From NCBI GenBank assembly GCA_965221125.1, contig CBDCRW010000001.1, positions 1 through 64,000 on the forward strand: a DNA stretch of 64,000 nt, in the 5' to 3' direction. The stretch comes from Alphaproteobacteria bacterium. Its GTDB lineage: Bacteria; Pseudomonadota; Alphaproteobacteria; UBA828. Every line of letters begins with the position of its first letter. The first letter of the stretch is position 1. A program made the position numbers and the translations under genes. Positions 45,841-54,100 of the stretch are shown here, piece by piece. A model generated the notes under the pieces. It did not search any database. It worked only from the letters and a program-made list of their open reading frames with translations, and was not told where the DNA came from.

Positions 45841-46895
45841 CGGCCGGCGGCGCTCCCCGCCTCGGCCGGCGCGGCGCGGCCGCTGATCTCGACCAGGCGG
45901 TCGAGCGTGGCCTGCGCCTTGCCACTGTCGACCGCCTCGGCGGCAACGTCGACGCCTTCCCTCAGGTCGCCGGCGCGCCCGGCGACGATGAGCGCCGCGG
46001 CGGCATTGAGCAGCACGATGTCGCGCGCCGGACCGGGCGTGCCTTCGAGGATAGCGCGGACGATACCGGCGTTTTCCGCCGCGTCGCCGCCCTTGAGGTC
46101 CTCGGACGCGGCGCGCGGCAGGCCGGCGTCCTCCGGCGCGACCGCGAAGCGGCGGATGGTGCCGCCGTCCAACTCGACGACGGCGGACGGACCCGTGGTG
46201 GTCAGCTCGTCAGTGCCGTCGTTGCCGTGAACGACCCAGACGCGCTCGGAGCCGAGATTGCGCAGCACCTCCGCCATGGGCTGCGCCCACTTGGAGTCGA
46301 ACACGCCGATCACCTGGCGCCTGGCGTCGGCCGGGTTCGAGAGCGGTCCCAGCAGGTTGAACACGGTGCGCGTGCCGAGCTCGACGCGGGTGGGCCCCAC
46401 GTGGCGCATGGCGCCGTGATGCCGGGGCGCCATGAGGAAGCCGATCCCGGCCTCCCACAACGCCTCGCGCACCAGCGCCATGTCCGCGTCGATGGTGACG
46501 CCGAGGGCGGCCAGCAGGTCAGCCGAGCCCGAGCGCGAGGAGAGCGCGCGGTTGCCGTGCTTGGCGACGGGCACGCCGCAGCCGGCGGCCACGAGCGCCG
46601 CGGCGGTCGAGATGTTGAAGGTGCCCTTGGCGTCGCCGCCGGTGCCGCAGGTGTCGATGGTTCCCTCGGGCGCGTCGATCCTGAGCGCGCGGGCGCGCAT
46701 CGCCTGCGCGCCGCCGGTGATCTCGTCGACCGTCTCGCCCCGCACGCGAAGCGCCATGAGGAAGCCGCCCATCTGGGACGGCGTGGCCTCGCCCGCCATC
46801 ATCGCGTCGAAGGCGGCCCGCGATTCCTCGACCGTGAGCGCCGCGCCGCTCGCGACGCGCCCGATGAGCGCCTTGAAATCGGTCGAGTGCGTCAT
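45837..46895 (-). CDS. trpD: anthranilate phosphoribosyltransferase
   Basis: [33 protein letters not shown]. Confidence 0.96.
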   Translation of the reverse strand: MTHSTDFKALIGRVASGAALTVEESRAAFDAMMAGEATPSQMGGFLMALRVRGETVDEITGGAQAMRARALRIDAPEGTIDTCGTGGDAKGTFNISTAAALVAAGCGVPVAKHGNRALSSRSGSADLLAALGVTIDADMALVREALWEAGIGFLMAPRHHGAMRHVGPTRVELGTRTVFNLLGPLSNPADARRQVIGVFDSKWAQPMAEVLRNLGSERVWVVHGNDGTDELTTTGPSAVVELDGGTIRRFAVAPEDAGLPRAASEDLKGGDAAENAGIVRAILEGTPGPARDIVLLNAAAALIVAGRAGDLREGVDVAAEAVDSGKAQATLDRLVEISGRAAPAEAGSAAGR

Positions 46896-47191
46896 GGAGG
46901 TCGGGTGTCCGCTCGCCTGCGCGCCCGCCCCGGGCCTTGCCGCCCGTCCGGTGCGCACCGATTTATAGCCGGTTCTCGACGAAACGCCATGCGTGGCAAT
47001 GCCTCGTTCAACGATCGTGTCCAGGCCGCGTGCCGAACAACGTTGTGGACGCGGTGGGCATGCGCCCGCATCACCACATGAATGCCCGTGACATCCCGTT
47101 CGTTCTCAATCCAAATGTGGGAACTAATGAGGGTCTGATCGTGGTGAGTTCAGCGTTTTCGTATTTGAAACAGTATTTTATCGAAGGGAGG

Positions 47192-47284
47192 TGGCGGAGG
47201 GAGTGGGATTCGAACCCACGGTACGGCTTGTCACCGTACAACGGTTTAGCAAACCGCCGCCTTCGACCACTCGGCCATCCCTCC
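47192..47284 (-). tRNA. tRNA-Ser (GCT)
   Basis: GGAGGGATGGCCGAGTGG...GCGGT-TTGCTAA-ACCGT, long variable arm GTACGG/CCGTAC, GGTTCGAATCC, encoded CCA. Confidence 0.96.
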
Positions 47285-47314
47285 AGCGGCGCCCCGTGCC
47301 GGCCGCGTCACGCT

Positions 47315-47344
47315 CTTTTAGAGAGCCGGCCGGAACGCTGTCAA
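47315..47344 (-). promoter_or_regulatory. sigma70 promoter of tRNA-Ser
   Basis: TTGACA-N18-TAAAAG about 30 bp upstream of the mature 5' end. Confidence 0.6.
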
Positions 47345-47369
47345 CAACGGGGCGCGGCGCCCGCGGCGC

Positions 47370-47768
47370 CTATTCCGGCGCCTCCTCGCCCGCGAACTTC
47401 CAGTAGGTGTCCTTGGTGACCACCTGGCCCGCGTCGTTCAGCTCCCAGACGTCGATGCCGAGCCAGTTGATCTCGTTGCCGTTGCTCTCGGTGCCGGTGA
47501 CGGTCCACTCGGAACAGCCCCGGTTGCCGCTCACCCAGTGGCTGCGAATGTGCCAGTACATGTCGGGAATGGTGCGGAAGCGCCTGTGCGCCATGGCGCG
47601 AATCTCGTCCAGTCCGCGCGCGCGTCCGCCCTCCGGCGGCACGCCCCGCGAGAGCAGCCAGGAGGACTCCTCGGCGAAGTGGCGGACGATGCCCTCCACG
47701 TCGTGGCGGTTGTAGGCGTCGCAGACTTCGGTAATGACCGCGAGGTTGCGGCGTTCGCTGTCGTTCAT
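47370..47768 (-). CDS. NTF2/SnoaL-like protein
   Basis: DAYNRHDVEGI..F, G.DEIR, PD, SEWTVTGT, KDTYW. Confidence 0.85.
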   Translation of the reverse strand: MNDSERRNLAVITEVCDAYNRHDVEGIVRHFAEESSWLLSRGVPPEGGRARGLDEIRAMAHRRFRTIPDMYWHIRSHWVSGNRGCSEWTVTGTESNGNEINWLGIDVWELNDAGQVVTKDTYWKFAGEEAPE

Positions 47769-47822
47769 TCCGTCTCCCTCATTGGGCGGTGGCGCCGGCG
47801 GCGGCCGGCCGGGAACGATGGG

Positions 47823-49160
47823 TCATCCGTCTGGCGCGGCGTCCAGCAGATGGCCGTGGTGGGTCAGGAACTCGTCGACGGCCTCGATCAGGCCGTCGCA
47901 GTCGGCTTGGCCGATGGCGAGACAGGGCGCCATGTAGCCGCGCCGGGCGGTAAAGAAACCCTTGTCGATCAGGTCGAGGTGCAGGAGCTGGCGGAGCCGT
48001 GCGTCCCTCGGCCGGAGGTCGCGGATCGAGCGGATCGGCTCGCGCTGCAGGTGCATGGTCAGGATCGAGCCGAGGCCGGTGACCTGGAACGACGCGCCGT
48101 GACGGGCGGCCAGGCCGTTGAGGGCGTCGCGCAGCGCATCGCCGGTCTCGTTGAGCGCGATCTGCACCGGCGGCGTGAAGACCTTCTCCAGGCCGGCGGC
48201 GCCGGCGATCAGCATGAACACGTTGTTGTTGAAGGTGCCGTGGTGAACGATGGAATCGGGCCTGGAGGGGTCGTAGATCTTCAGGATCTCCGCCGGGCCG
48301 CCGAGCGCGCCGCAGGAGAAGCCGCCGCCGATGTATTTTCCGAGCGTGGTCAGGTCGGGGACGATGCCGAGCTGCGCCTGGCGCCCGCCGGGTGCCACCC
48401 GCGAGGTCATCACCTCGTCGAAGATGAGCAGCACGCCGTGGGCGCTGCAGGCCTCGCGCAAGGCGCCGAGGAACGCGGCCGAGGCCGGGATCGCCCCGGA
48501 GGCACCTTGCAGCGGCTCGACCAGGACGGCGGCGAGGCGGTGCGCGTTCTCCCGGATCAGGCGGCGTGCTTCGTCCGGGTCGTTGTAGGGAGCCATCACG
48601 AAGGGGAAGGGCACGGCGATGGGCGACGGCTCGGTGCCGAAGTAGATGGTGCCGCCGTGGTAGGCGCCCTCGAACACCATGATCGAGTCCTTGCCGCTCA
48701 CCGCGCGGGCCGTGACCATGGCCAGCATGTTGCCCTCGGTGCCGGAGGTGGTGAACCGCACCTGCTCGACGGAGGGGAAGCGCTCGCAGACCAAAGCCGC
48801 GAGCCGGGCCTCGTAGGGGCTCGCCGAGCCATAGGAAATCCCGGACTCCAGCGTCGCCTGCACCGCCTCGCGGATCACCGGGTGCGAGTGGCCGTAGAGG
48901 CCGGCGGAGAAGTCGCCCACGAAATCGGTGTAGGTGTGGCCGTCGACATCGGTCAGCGTCGCGCCGGCCGCCTTCTCGATGGCGAGCGGGAAGGGCGGGT
49001 AGAACATGCCGGTCCGCGTGTTGCCGCCGGGCATGCTCTCGCGCGCGCGCTCGTACTGCGCCCGGCTGCCGGGATTGGCGCTCTCGTAGCGCGCCGTCAC
49101 CTCGCCGACCGCACTCTGCAGGTCGAGATTCCGGCCGGCTTCGTCGGGCCTCGTTGCCAT
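47823..49160 (-). CDS. class III PLP aminotransferase (GSA-aminomutase-like / beta-amino-acid transaminase-like)
   Basis: MPGGNTR, SGTEGN, GAYHGG, FDEVMTSR, TTLGKYIGGG, HGTFNNN. Confidence 0.88.
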   Translation of the reverse strand: MATRPDEAGRNLDLQSAVGEVTARYESANPGSRAQYERARESMPGGNTRTGMFYPPFPLAIEKAAGATLTDVDGHTYTDFVGDFSAGLYGHSHPVIREAVQATLESGISYGSASPYEARLAALVCERFPSVEQVRFTTSGTEGNMLAMVTARAVSGKDSIMVFEGAYHGGTIYFGTEPSPIAVPFPFVMAPYNDPDEARRLIRENAHRLAAVLVEPLQGASGAIPASAAFLGALREACSAHGVLLIFDEVMTSRVAPGGRQAQLGIVPDLTTLGKYIGGGFSCGALGGPAEILKIYDPSRPDSIVHHGTFNNNVFMLIAGAAGLEKVFTPPVQIALNETGDALRDALNGLAARHGASFQVTGLGSILTMHLQREPIRSIRDLRPRDARLRQLLHLDLIDKGFFTARRGYMAPCLAIGQADCDGLIEAVDEFLTHHGHLLDAAPDG

Positions 49161-49364
49161 GGCGCGCCTCGTCGTCGCTTGCGCGGCGGACGATACTCGC
49201 ACCGCCTGCGGCGCGGCAAGGTCGGTCCTCCTCGCGGGCCATGCCGGCGCGGATATGCGGGTGTGATCCGCCCGCCTCTGCGCTACGATGCGGCCCGCGC
49301 GCCGGTGGGTTATGCCATGTGCCGGGCGCATGGGGGGATTTTCAACGGACGGAGGACGGCGTCC

Positions 49365-50180
49365 ATGCCAGAGTTGCTTCGGCCCGGCTCGATCGACGAG
49401 GCGGCCGCTCTGATCGCGCGACATGGCGCTGCGGCGGCGGTGCTCGCCGGCGGCACCAGCCTGGTGCGCGAGACCTATCCGTCGGACGGGGGCTACCTGA
49501 TCGGGGTGGACCGCCTCGGCCTCGACAAGGTGGTCGCGCGCGACGGCGGCTGGTCGATCGGCGCCGCGGTTCCGCTCAGCGTGCTGCGCGAGGCCGTGCC
49601 GATTGCGGCGCTCCAGGCCGCGACACGCGAGATCGGCGGGCCTGCGGTGCAGAACATGGCGACGGTGGGCGGCAACCTCTTCGCCCGCGCGCCCTTCGGC
49701 GATCTTGCGCCGGCGCTGCTCGCCCTCGGCGCGCGCCTGGTGTTCGCGGCGGCCGACGGCGAGGCGATGCAGTCCATCGACGACTTCTACGCGGGCTGGT
49801 CCGACGGCGCACCGCCCGCTGCGGGCCTGCTCACACGGATCGAGATCGACGCGCCAACTGGTTCCGCCGCCTACATGAAGTGCGCGAGGCGGCGCTATTC
49901 GACGCCAGCCGTGGTCACGGTCGCCGCCAGCGTGGAGACGGACGGCGGCACGGTGAGCGCGGCCCGGATCGCGCTCAGCGGCGCGAGCGCGCACCCCTTC
50001 CGCTGCGCAGGCGCGGAGCAGGCGGTGATCGGCTCCAGCCTCGACGAGGCGGCGGTAACGGCGGCGGCCGAAGCGGCCGAGGGCGCGGTCGCGCCGCAGA
50101 CCGACGCGGTCGCGAGCGAATGGTATCGCCGGCGCATGACGGGCGTCCTCGTCCGCCGGGTGCTGGCGGCGCTCGACTGA
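49365..50180 (+). CDS. molybdenum hydroxylase FAD-binding subunit
   Basis: LAGGTSL, NMATVGGNL, ASEWYRR; SD GGAGG. Confidence 0.88.
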   Translation: MPELLRPGSIDEAAALIARHGAAAAVLAGGTSLVRETYPSDGGYLIGVDRLGLDKVVARDGGWSIGAAVPLSVLREAVPIAALQAATREIGGPAVQNMATVGGNLFARAPFGDLAPALLALGARLVFAAADGEAMQSIDDFYAGWSDGAPPAAGLLTRIEIDAPTGSAAYMKCARRRYSTPAVVTVAASVETDGGTVSAARIALSGASAHPFRCAGAEQAVIGSSLDEAAVTAAAEAAEGAVAPQTDAVASEWYRRRMTGVLVRRVLAALD

Positions 50181-50202
50181 CGACGTTGAACGGGAGGCAG
50201 AG

Positions 50203-50694
50203 ATGGACGACAAGCTGATACGCCTCACGGTCAACGGCCGTGACGAGGCCGTGGTGATCCGGCCGCTGGCGACGCTGCAGGACGTGCTGCGCGACAACCT
50301 GGAGCTGACTGCGGTCAAGAGCGGCTGCGGCCAGGGCGGCTGCGGCAGCTGCTCGGTGCTGGTGGACGGGGAGCTTCGCCTCTCCTGCCTCACGCTCGCC
50401 GAGCGGGTCGAGGGGGCCGAGGTCACCACGCTGGAGGGCCTGAACGCCACCAACGCGATCGTGCCGCTGCAGCAGGCCTTCGTCGAGAACTACGCGGCGC
50501 AGTGCGGCTACTGCACCGCCGGCATGGTGATGGCGGCCAAGGCGCTGCTCGACCGCAATCCGTCGCCGAGCCGCGACGAGATCGTGGAAGGGCTCTCGGG
50601 CAATCTCTGCCGCTGCACCGGGTTCGCGCCCATCGTCCGTGCCGTGCAGCAGGCCGCAGCGGCGCTCTCGGATAGCGGGGAGGAGGCGAGCTAA
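50203..50694 (+). CDS. molybdenum hydroxylase [2Fe-2S] subunit
   Basis: GCGQGGCGSCSV, QCGYCT, NLCRCTG. Confidence 0.92.
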   Translation: MDDKLIRLTVNGRDEAVVIRPLATLQDVLRDNLELTAVKSGCGQGGCGSCSVLVDGELRLSCLTLAERVEGAEVTTLEGLNATNAIVPLQQAFVENYAAQCGYCTAGMVMAAKALLDRNPSPSRDEIVEGLSGNLCRCTGFAPIVRAVQQAAAALSDSGEEAS

Positions 50695-52040
50695 TGTCGA
50701 TGAAGGAACTCGGCGTCGTCGGCCGGAACGTCGGCCAGCGAGACCTCGAAAGCCACGCGCGCGGCCAGACGACCTACTACGAGGACGTCCACTACCCGCG
50801 CATGCTGCATCTCAAGATGCACCGGAGCGCGGAACCACATGCCCGGATCGTGAGCGTGGATACCAGCGCGGCGGAGGCCAGCCCTGGCGTCGTCTGCGTG
50901 CTCACCCACGAGGACCTGCCGGGCAAGAAGGTGTGGAACGGCCTTGCCGCCGTCGGCGTCGGGCCGGAGGACGAGCCGATCCTCGCCTTCGACAAGGTGC
51001 GCTGGCGGGGCGAGCCCATCGTCGCCGTGCTGGGCGAGAGCGCCGAGGCCGCGCGCGCCGGCGCGGCCAAGGTGAAGGTGGACTACGATCCGCTCCCCGG
51101 CGTGTTCGACGTGGAAGAGGCGATCGCGGGCGCAGCACCTGCGCTGACCGCCCACTGGCCGAACAACCACTACATCTACCCGGACGACCACGGCGCCGCG
51201 CAGATCCGCTTCGGCGACGTGGAGCAGGGATTTGCCGAGGCCGACCACATCGTCGAGGACAAGTACCAGACCAGCCCCATCGAGCAGGCACCGATGGAGA
51301 CCAACGGCTGCATTGCCAAGCCGGGCGGCGACGGGCGCATCACGGTGCACACCAACACGCAGGCGGTGCACTTCGCCCGCGACAACACCGCCGCCATCCT
51401 GGGGCTTGCGCCGGGCAAGCTGCGCTTCCTCGGCGGCACGGTGGGCGGCGGCTTCGGCGGCAAGGTGGACGTGGCGGTGGAGCCGATCTCGGTGCTGGCC
51501 GCCATGCGGACCGGGCGCCCGGTCAAGTTCAAGTACACGCGGGAAGAGGAGATGCAGGTTTCCTCGACCCGCTCCGCCTGGCGCCTCTACATCAAGGACG
51601 GCGTGATGAACGACGGGCGCATCGTCGCCCGCAAGATCACCTCCTACCAGGATTCGGGCGCCTACCTGCGCTTCAGCTCCTACGGCTCGATGAAGCACGC
51701 GGGCCACATGCCGGGGCCCTACACGATCCCCAACGTCTGGGTCGACGCGCGGGTGGTCTTCACCAACCGGCCGCCGTCGAGCGCGATGCGGGGCTTCGGC
51801 GTCATGGCCGCCTCCTTCGCCATCGAGCTGCAGATGGACAAGGTGGCCAAGACCATCGGCATGGACCCGTGGCAGCTCCGGCTGCTCAACGCCTACCGCA
51901 ACGGCGACATGCGCGCGCACCGCAAGGTGAACGAGGACGCCGCGATGGTCGAGACCATCCAAGCGGCGGCGCGCATGGCCGGCCACGCGCTGCCGGCGGA
52001 GTACCAAGCGATGACCTCCTGGGACAGAAAGGCAAGCTGA
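50694..52040 (+). CDS. molybdenum hydroxylase molybdopterin-binding subunit, N-terminal half
   Basis: RS..PHARI, GGGFGGK, SAMRGFG. Confidence 0.88.
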   Translation: MSMKELGVVGRNVGQRDLESHARGQTTYYEDVHYPRMLHLKMHRSAEPHARIVSVDTSAAEASPGVVCVLTHEDLPGKKVWNGLAAVGVGPEDEPILAFDKVRWRGEPIVAVLGESAEAARAGAAKVKVDYDPLPGVFDVEEAIAGAAPALTAHWPNNHYIYPDDHGAAQIRFGDVEQGFAEADHIVEDKYQTSPIEQAPMETNGCIAKPGGDGRITVHTNTQAVHFARDNTAAILGLAPGKLRFLGGTVGGGFGGKVDVAVEPISVLAAMRTGRPVKFKYTREEEMQVSSTRSAWRLYIKDGVMNDGRIVARKITSYQDSGAYLRFSSYGSMKHAGHMPGPYTIPNVWVDARVVFTNRPPSSAMRGFGVMAASFAIELQMDKVAKTIGMDPWQLRLLNAYRNGDMRAHRKVNEDAAMVETIQAAARMAGHALPAEYQAMTSWDRKAS

Positions 52041-53053
52041 TGGCCAAGGTAAGGGGCACCGGCTTCGCGGCCGTGAACTATCCGACGGGGATGCACCTGG
52101 GCGGCGATCCCACCCAGTCGCTGATCCACATGACGCCGGCCGGCGACTTCGTCGTCACCATGGCGAGCGTCGATCTCGGCCAGGGCCTGCGCACCGTGCT
52201 GGCGCAGATCGCGGCCGAGACCCTCGGCGTCCCCTACGAGAGCATCGTGGTGGAGACCGCCGATACCGACACCGGCCCGCATTGCACCGGCACCTTCGCG
52301 AGCCGCACCACGCACCGCGCCGGCAACGCCGTGGTGATGGCGGCGCAGGAAGCGCGCAAGGCCATGCTCGAGGTGGCGGGCGAGCTGCTGGAGGCAAGCC
52401 CGGAGGACCTCGAGACCGACGGCGGGGGCAACATCCACATCAAGGGCGTGGCGGAGAAGGCGGTCTCGGTCGGCGAGGTCGCCGGCGCCGCCCACTTCGC
52501 CCACGGCAAGACCATTGCGGGACGCGGTGCCTACCTCAAGCCGCCGAGCCCGATGGACCCGGAGACCGGCGCGTGCGACCCGGATTCGACGCAGGCCCAT
52601 GCCTGCACCGTGGTCGAGGTCGAGGTCGATACCGAGACCGGGATGGTCGAGGTGATCGACATGAAGAGCGTCTACGAGGTGGGCCAGCAGGTGAACCCGG
52701 ACCTAGTGAAGGGCCAGATCGTGGGCGGCTCCTGGATGGGCATAGGCCACGCGCTCTACGAGACCACCGCGCCCGGCTACCCGGCGATCGACCCCGCGCC
52801 GGTGGATTTCCAGAACTACCTGCAGCCCGGCGCGTCGGAGATGCCCGAGGTCGACTGCGAGGTGCTGGAGTACCCGGCCGAGAGCGGCCCCTACGGCGGC
52901 AAGGGCGTGGGCGAGATGGTGACCAACGGGCCGATCCCGGCCATCGTGAACGCCATCAACAACGCGCTCGACGTGCGCATCACCGAGATCCCGGTGACGC
53001 CCGAGGTCGTGCTTCGCGCCCTCGACGAGAAGAGGACGCAGGCGGCCTCCTGA
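52040..53053 (+). CDS. molybdenum hydroxylase molybdopterin-binding subunit, C-terminal half
   Basis: DLGQG..T..AQIAAE, GTFASR, EVEVD.ETG, GQIVGG, GKGVGE; TGATG coupling with SD-like AAAGG. Confidence 0.88.
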   Translation: MAKVRGTGFAAVNYPTGMHLGGDPTQSLIHMTPAGDFVVTMASVDLGQGLRTVLAQIAAETLGVPYESIVVETADTDTGPHCTGTFASRTTHRAGNAVVMAAQEARKAMLEVAGELLEASPEDLETDGGGNIHIKGVAEKAVSVGEVAGAAHFAHGKTIAGRGAYLKPPSPMDPETGACDPDSTQAHACTVVEVEVDTETGMVEVIDMKSVYEVGQQVNPDLVKGQIVGGSWMGIGHALYETTAPGYPAIDPAPVDFQNYLQPGASEMPEVDCEVLEYPAESGPYGGKGVGEMVTNGPIPAIVNAINNALDVRITEIPVTPEVVLRALDEKRTQAAS

Positions 53054-53171
53054 CCGGCCCTGTGCGGCCCGGGGGGCCGGGTCGTGCGTATGGCGGCCTG
53101 AAGCCGCTTCGCTGGAGCCCGTCCGTACCTGACGGACGTGCGACGCGGCGGCGCTGGGCGGGTATGAGGGC

Positions 53172-53918
53172 ATGGTCAGCCTGAAGCTCGAATCGGTCAC
53201 GGTCGACTTCTCCGTCTACAACGCCAGCACGCGCTCGCTGAAGAACCGCTTGCTGCATCGCGGCACGGGCGGGCGCATCGCGCAGGGCGCCGGCAGCCGG
53301 CTGGTGGTGCGTGCGCTGGAAGACGTGAGCCTCGCGTTCGAGCACGGCGACCGGGTAGGCCTGGTCGGCCCCAACGGCGCCGGCAAGACGACCCTGCTGC
53401 GCGTGCTCGCGGGCGCCTACGAACCCGCGCGCGGACGCGTCTACCGGCACGGAAGGACCGCGTCGCTGCTCAGCGGCTCGCTCGGCATCAACGCGGACGC
53501 GACGGGCTACGAGAACATCGTGACACGGGGGCTCTTTCTCGGCCTGCGGCCGGAGCAGGTGCGCGCGCGCATGGACGAGATTGCGGCGTTCACGGAGCTT
53601 GGCGACTACCTGGCGATGCCGGTGCACACCTACTCGACGGGCATGCGGCTGCGGCTCGCCTTTGCGGTGTGCACCTGCTTCGAGCCCGAGATCCTGCTGA
53701 TGGACGAGTGGCTGGGCATGGGCGACCGGGCCTTCATCGAGAAGGCGAAGCGGCGGATGGAAGAATTCGTGGACCGTGCCGGGATCCTCGTGCTCGCATC
53801 GCAACACGCGGGCCTCCTTGCGCGGGTCTGCAGCACAGGGGTCCTGCTCGACGCGGGTCGGGTCAAGGCGCGCGGGCCGATCGACGAGGTCCTGCGGGAG
53901 TACGGGCAGGCTGCTTAG
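53172..53918 (+). CDS. wzt: polysaccharide export ABC ATPase (Wzt/KpsT-like, no C-terminal carbohydrate-binding domain)
   Basis: ALEDVS, GPNGAGKTTL, TGYENI, FTELGDYL.MPV.TYSTGM..RLAFA, DEWL. Confidence 0.85.
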   Translation: MVSLKLESVTVDFSVYNASTRSLKNRLLHRGTGGRIAQGAGSRLVVRALEDVSLAFEHGDRVGLVGPNGAGKTTLLRVLAGAYEPARGRVYRHGRTASLLSGSLGINADATGYENIVTRGLFLGLRPEQVRARMDEIAAFTELGDYLAMPVHTYSTGMRLRLAFAVCTCFEPEILLMDEWLGMGDRAFIEKAKRRMEEFVDRAGILVLASQHAGLLARVCSTGVLLDAGRVKARGPIDEVLREYGQAA

Positions 53919-54004
53919 GTTCAGCCGTCGCCAGTCGCGCGGCACCATCAAGATAACTTGCGCGCCTGACCACCAACAACGAATGCTCAAGCGAATAACG
54001 TATG

Positions 54005-54032
54005 TTGCTCCATGCCTGTATACGGCTACAAT
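54005..54032 (+). promoter_or_regulatory. putative sigma70 promoter of the glycosyltransferase
   Basis: TTGCTC-N16-TACAAT in an AT-richer intergenic stretch; supports a start at 54101. Confidence 0.4.
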
Positions 54033-54100
54033 GGAGCGATGGCGTCGGCTTCCCGATAGCGTTTGTCTTCGCACTCATAATTCCAGAGATAAGTTGGAAT

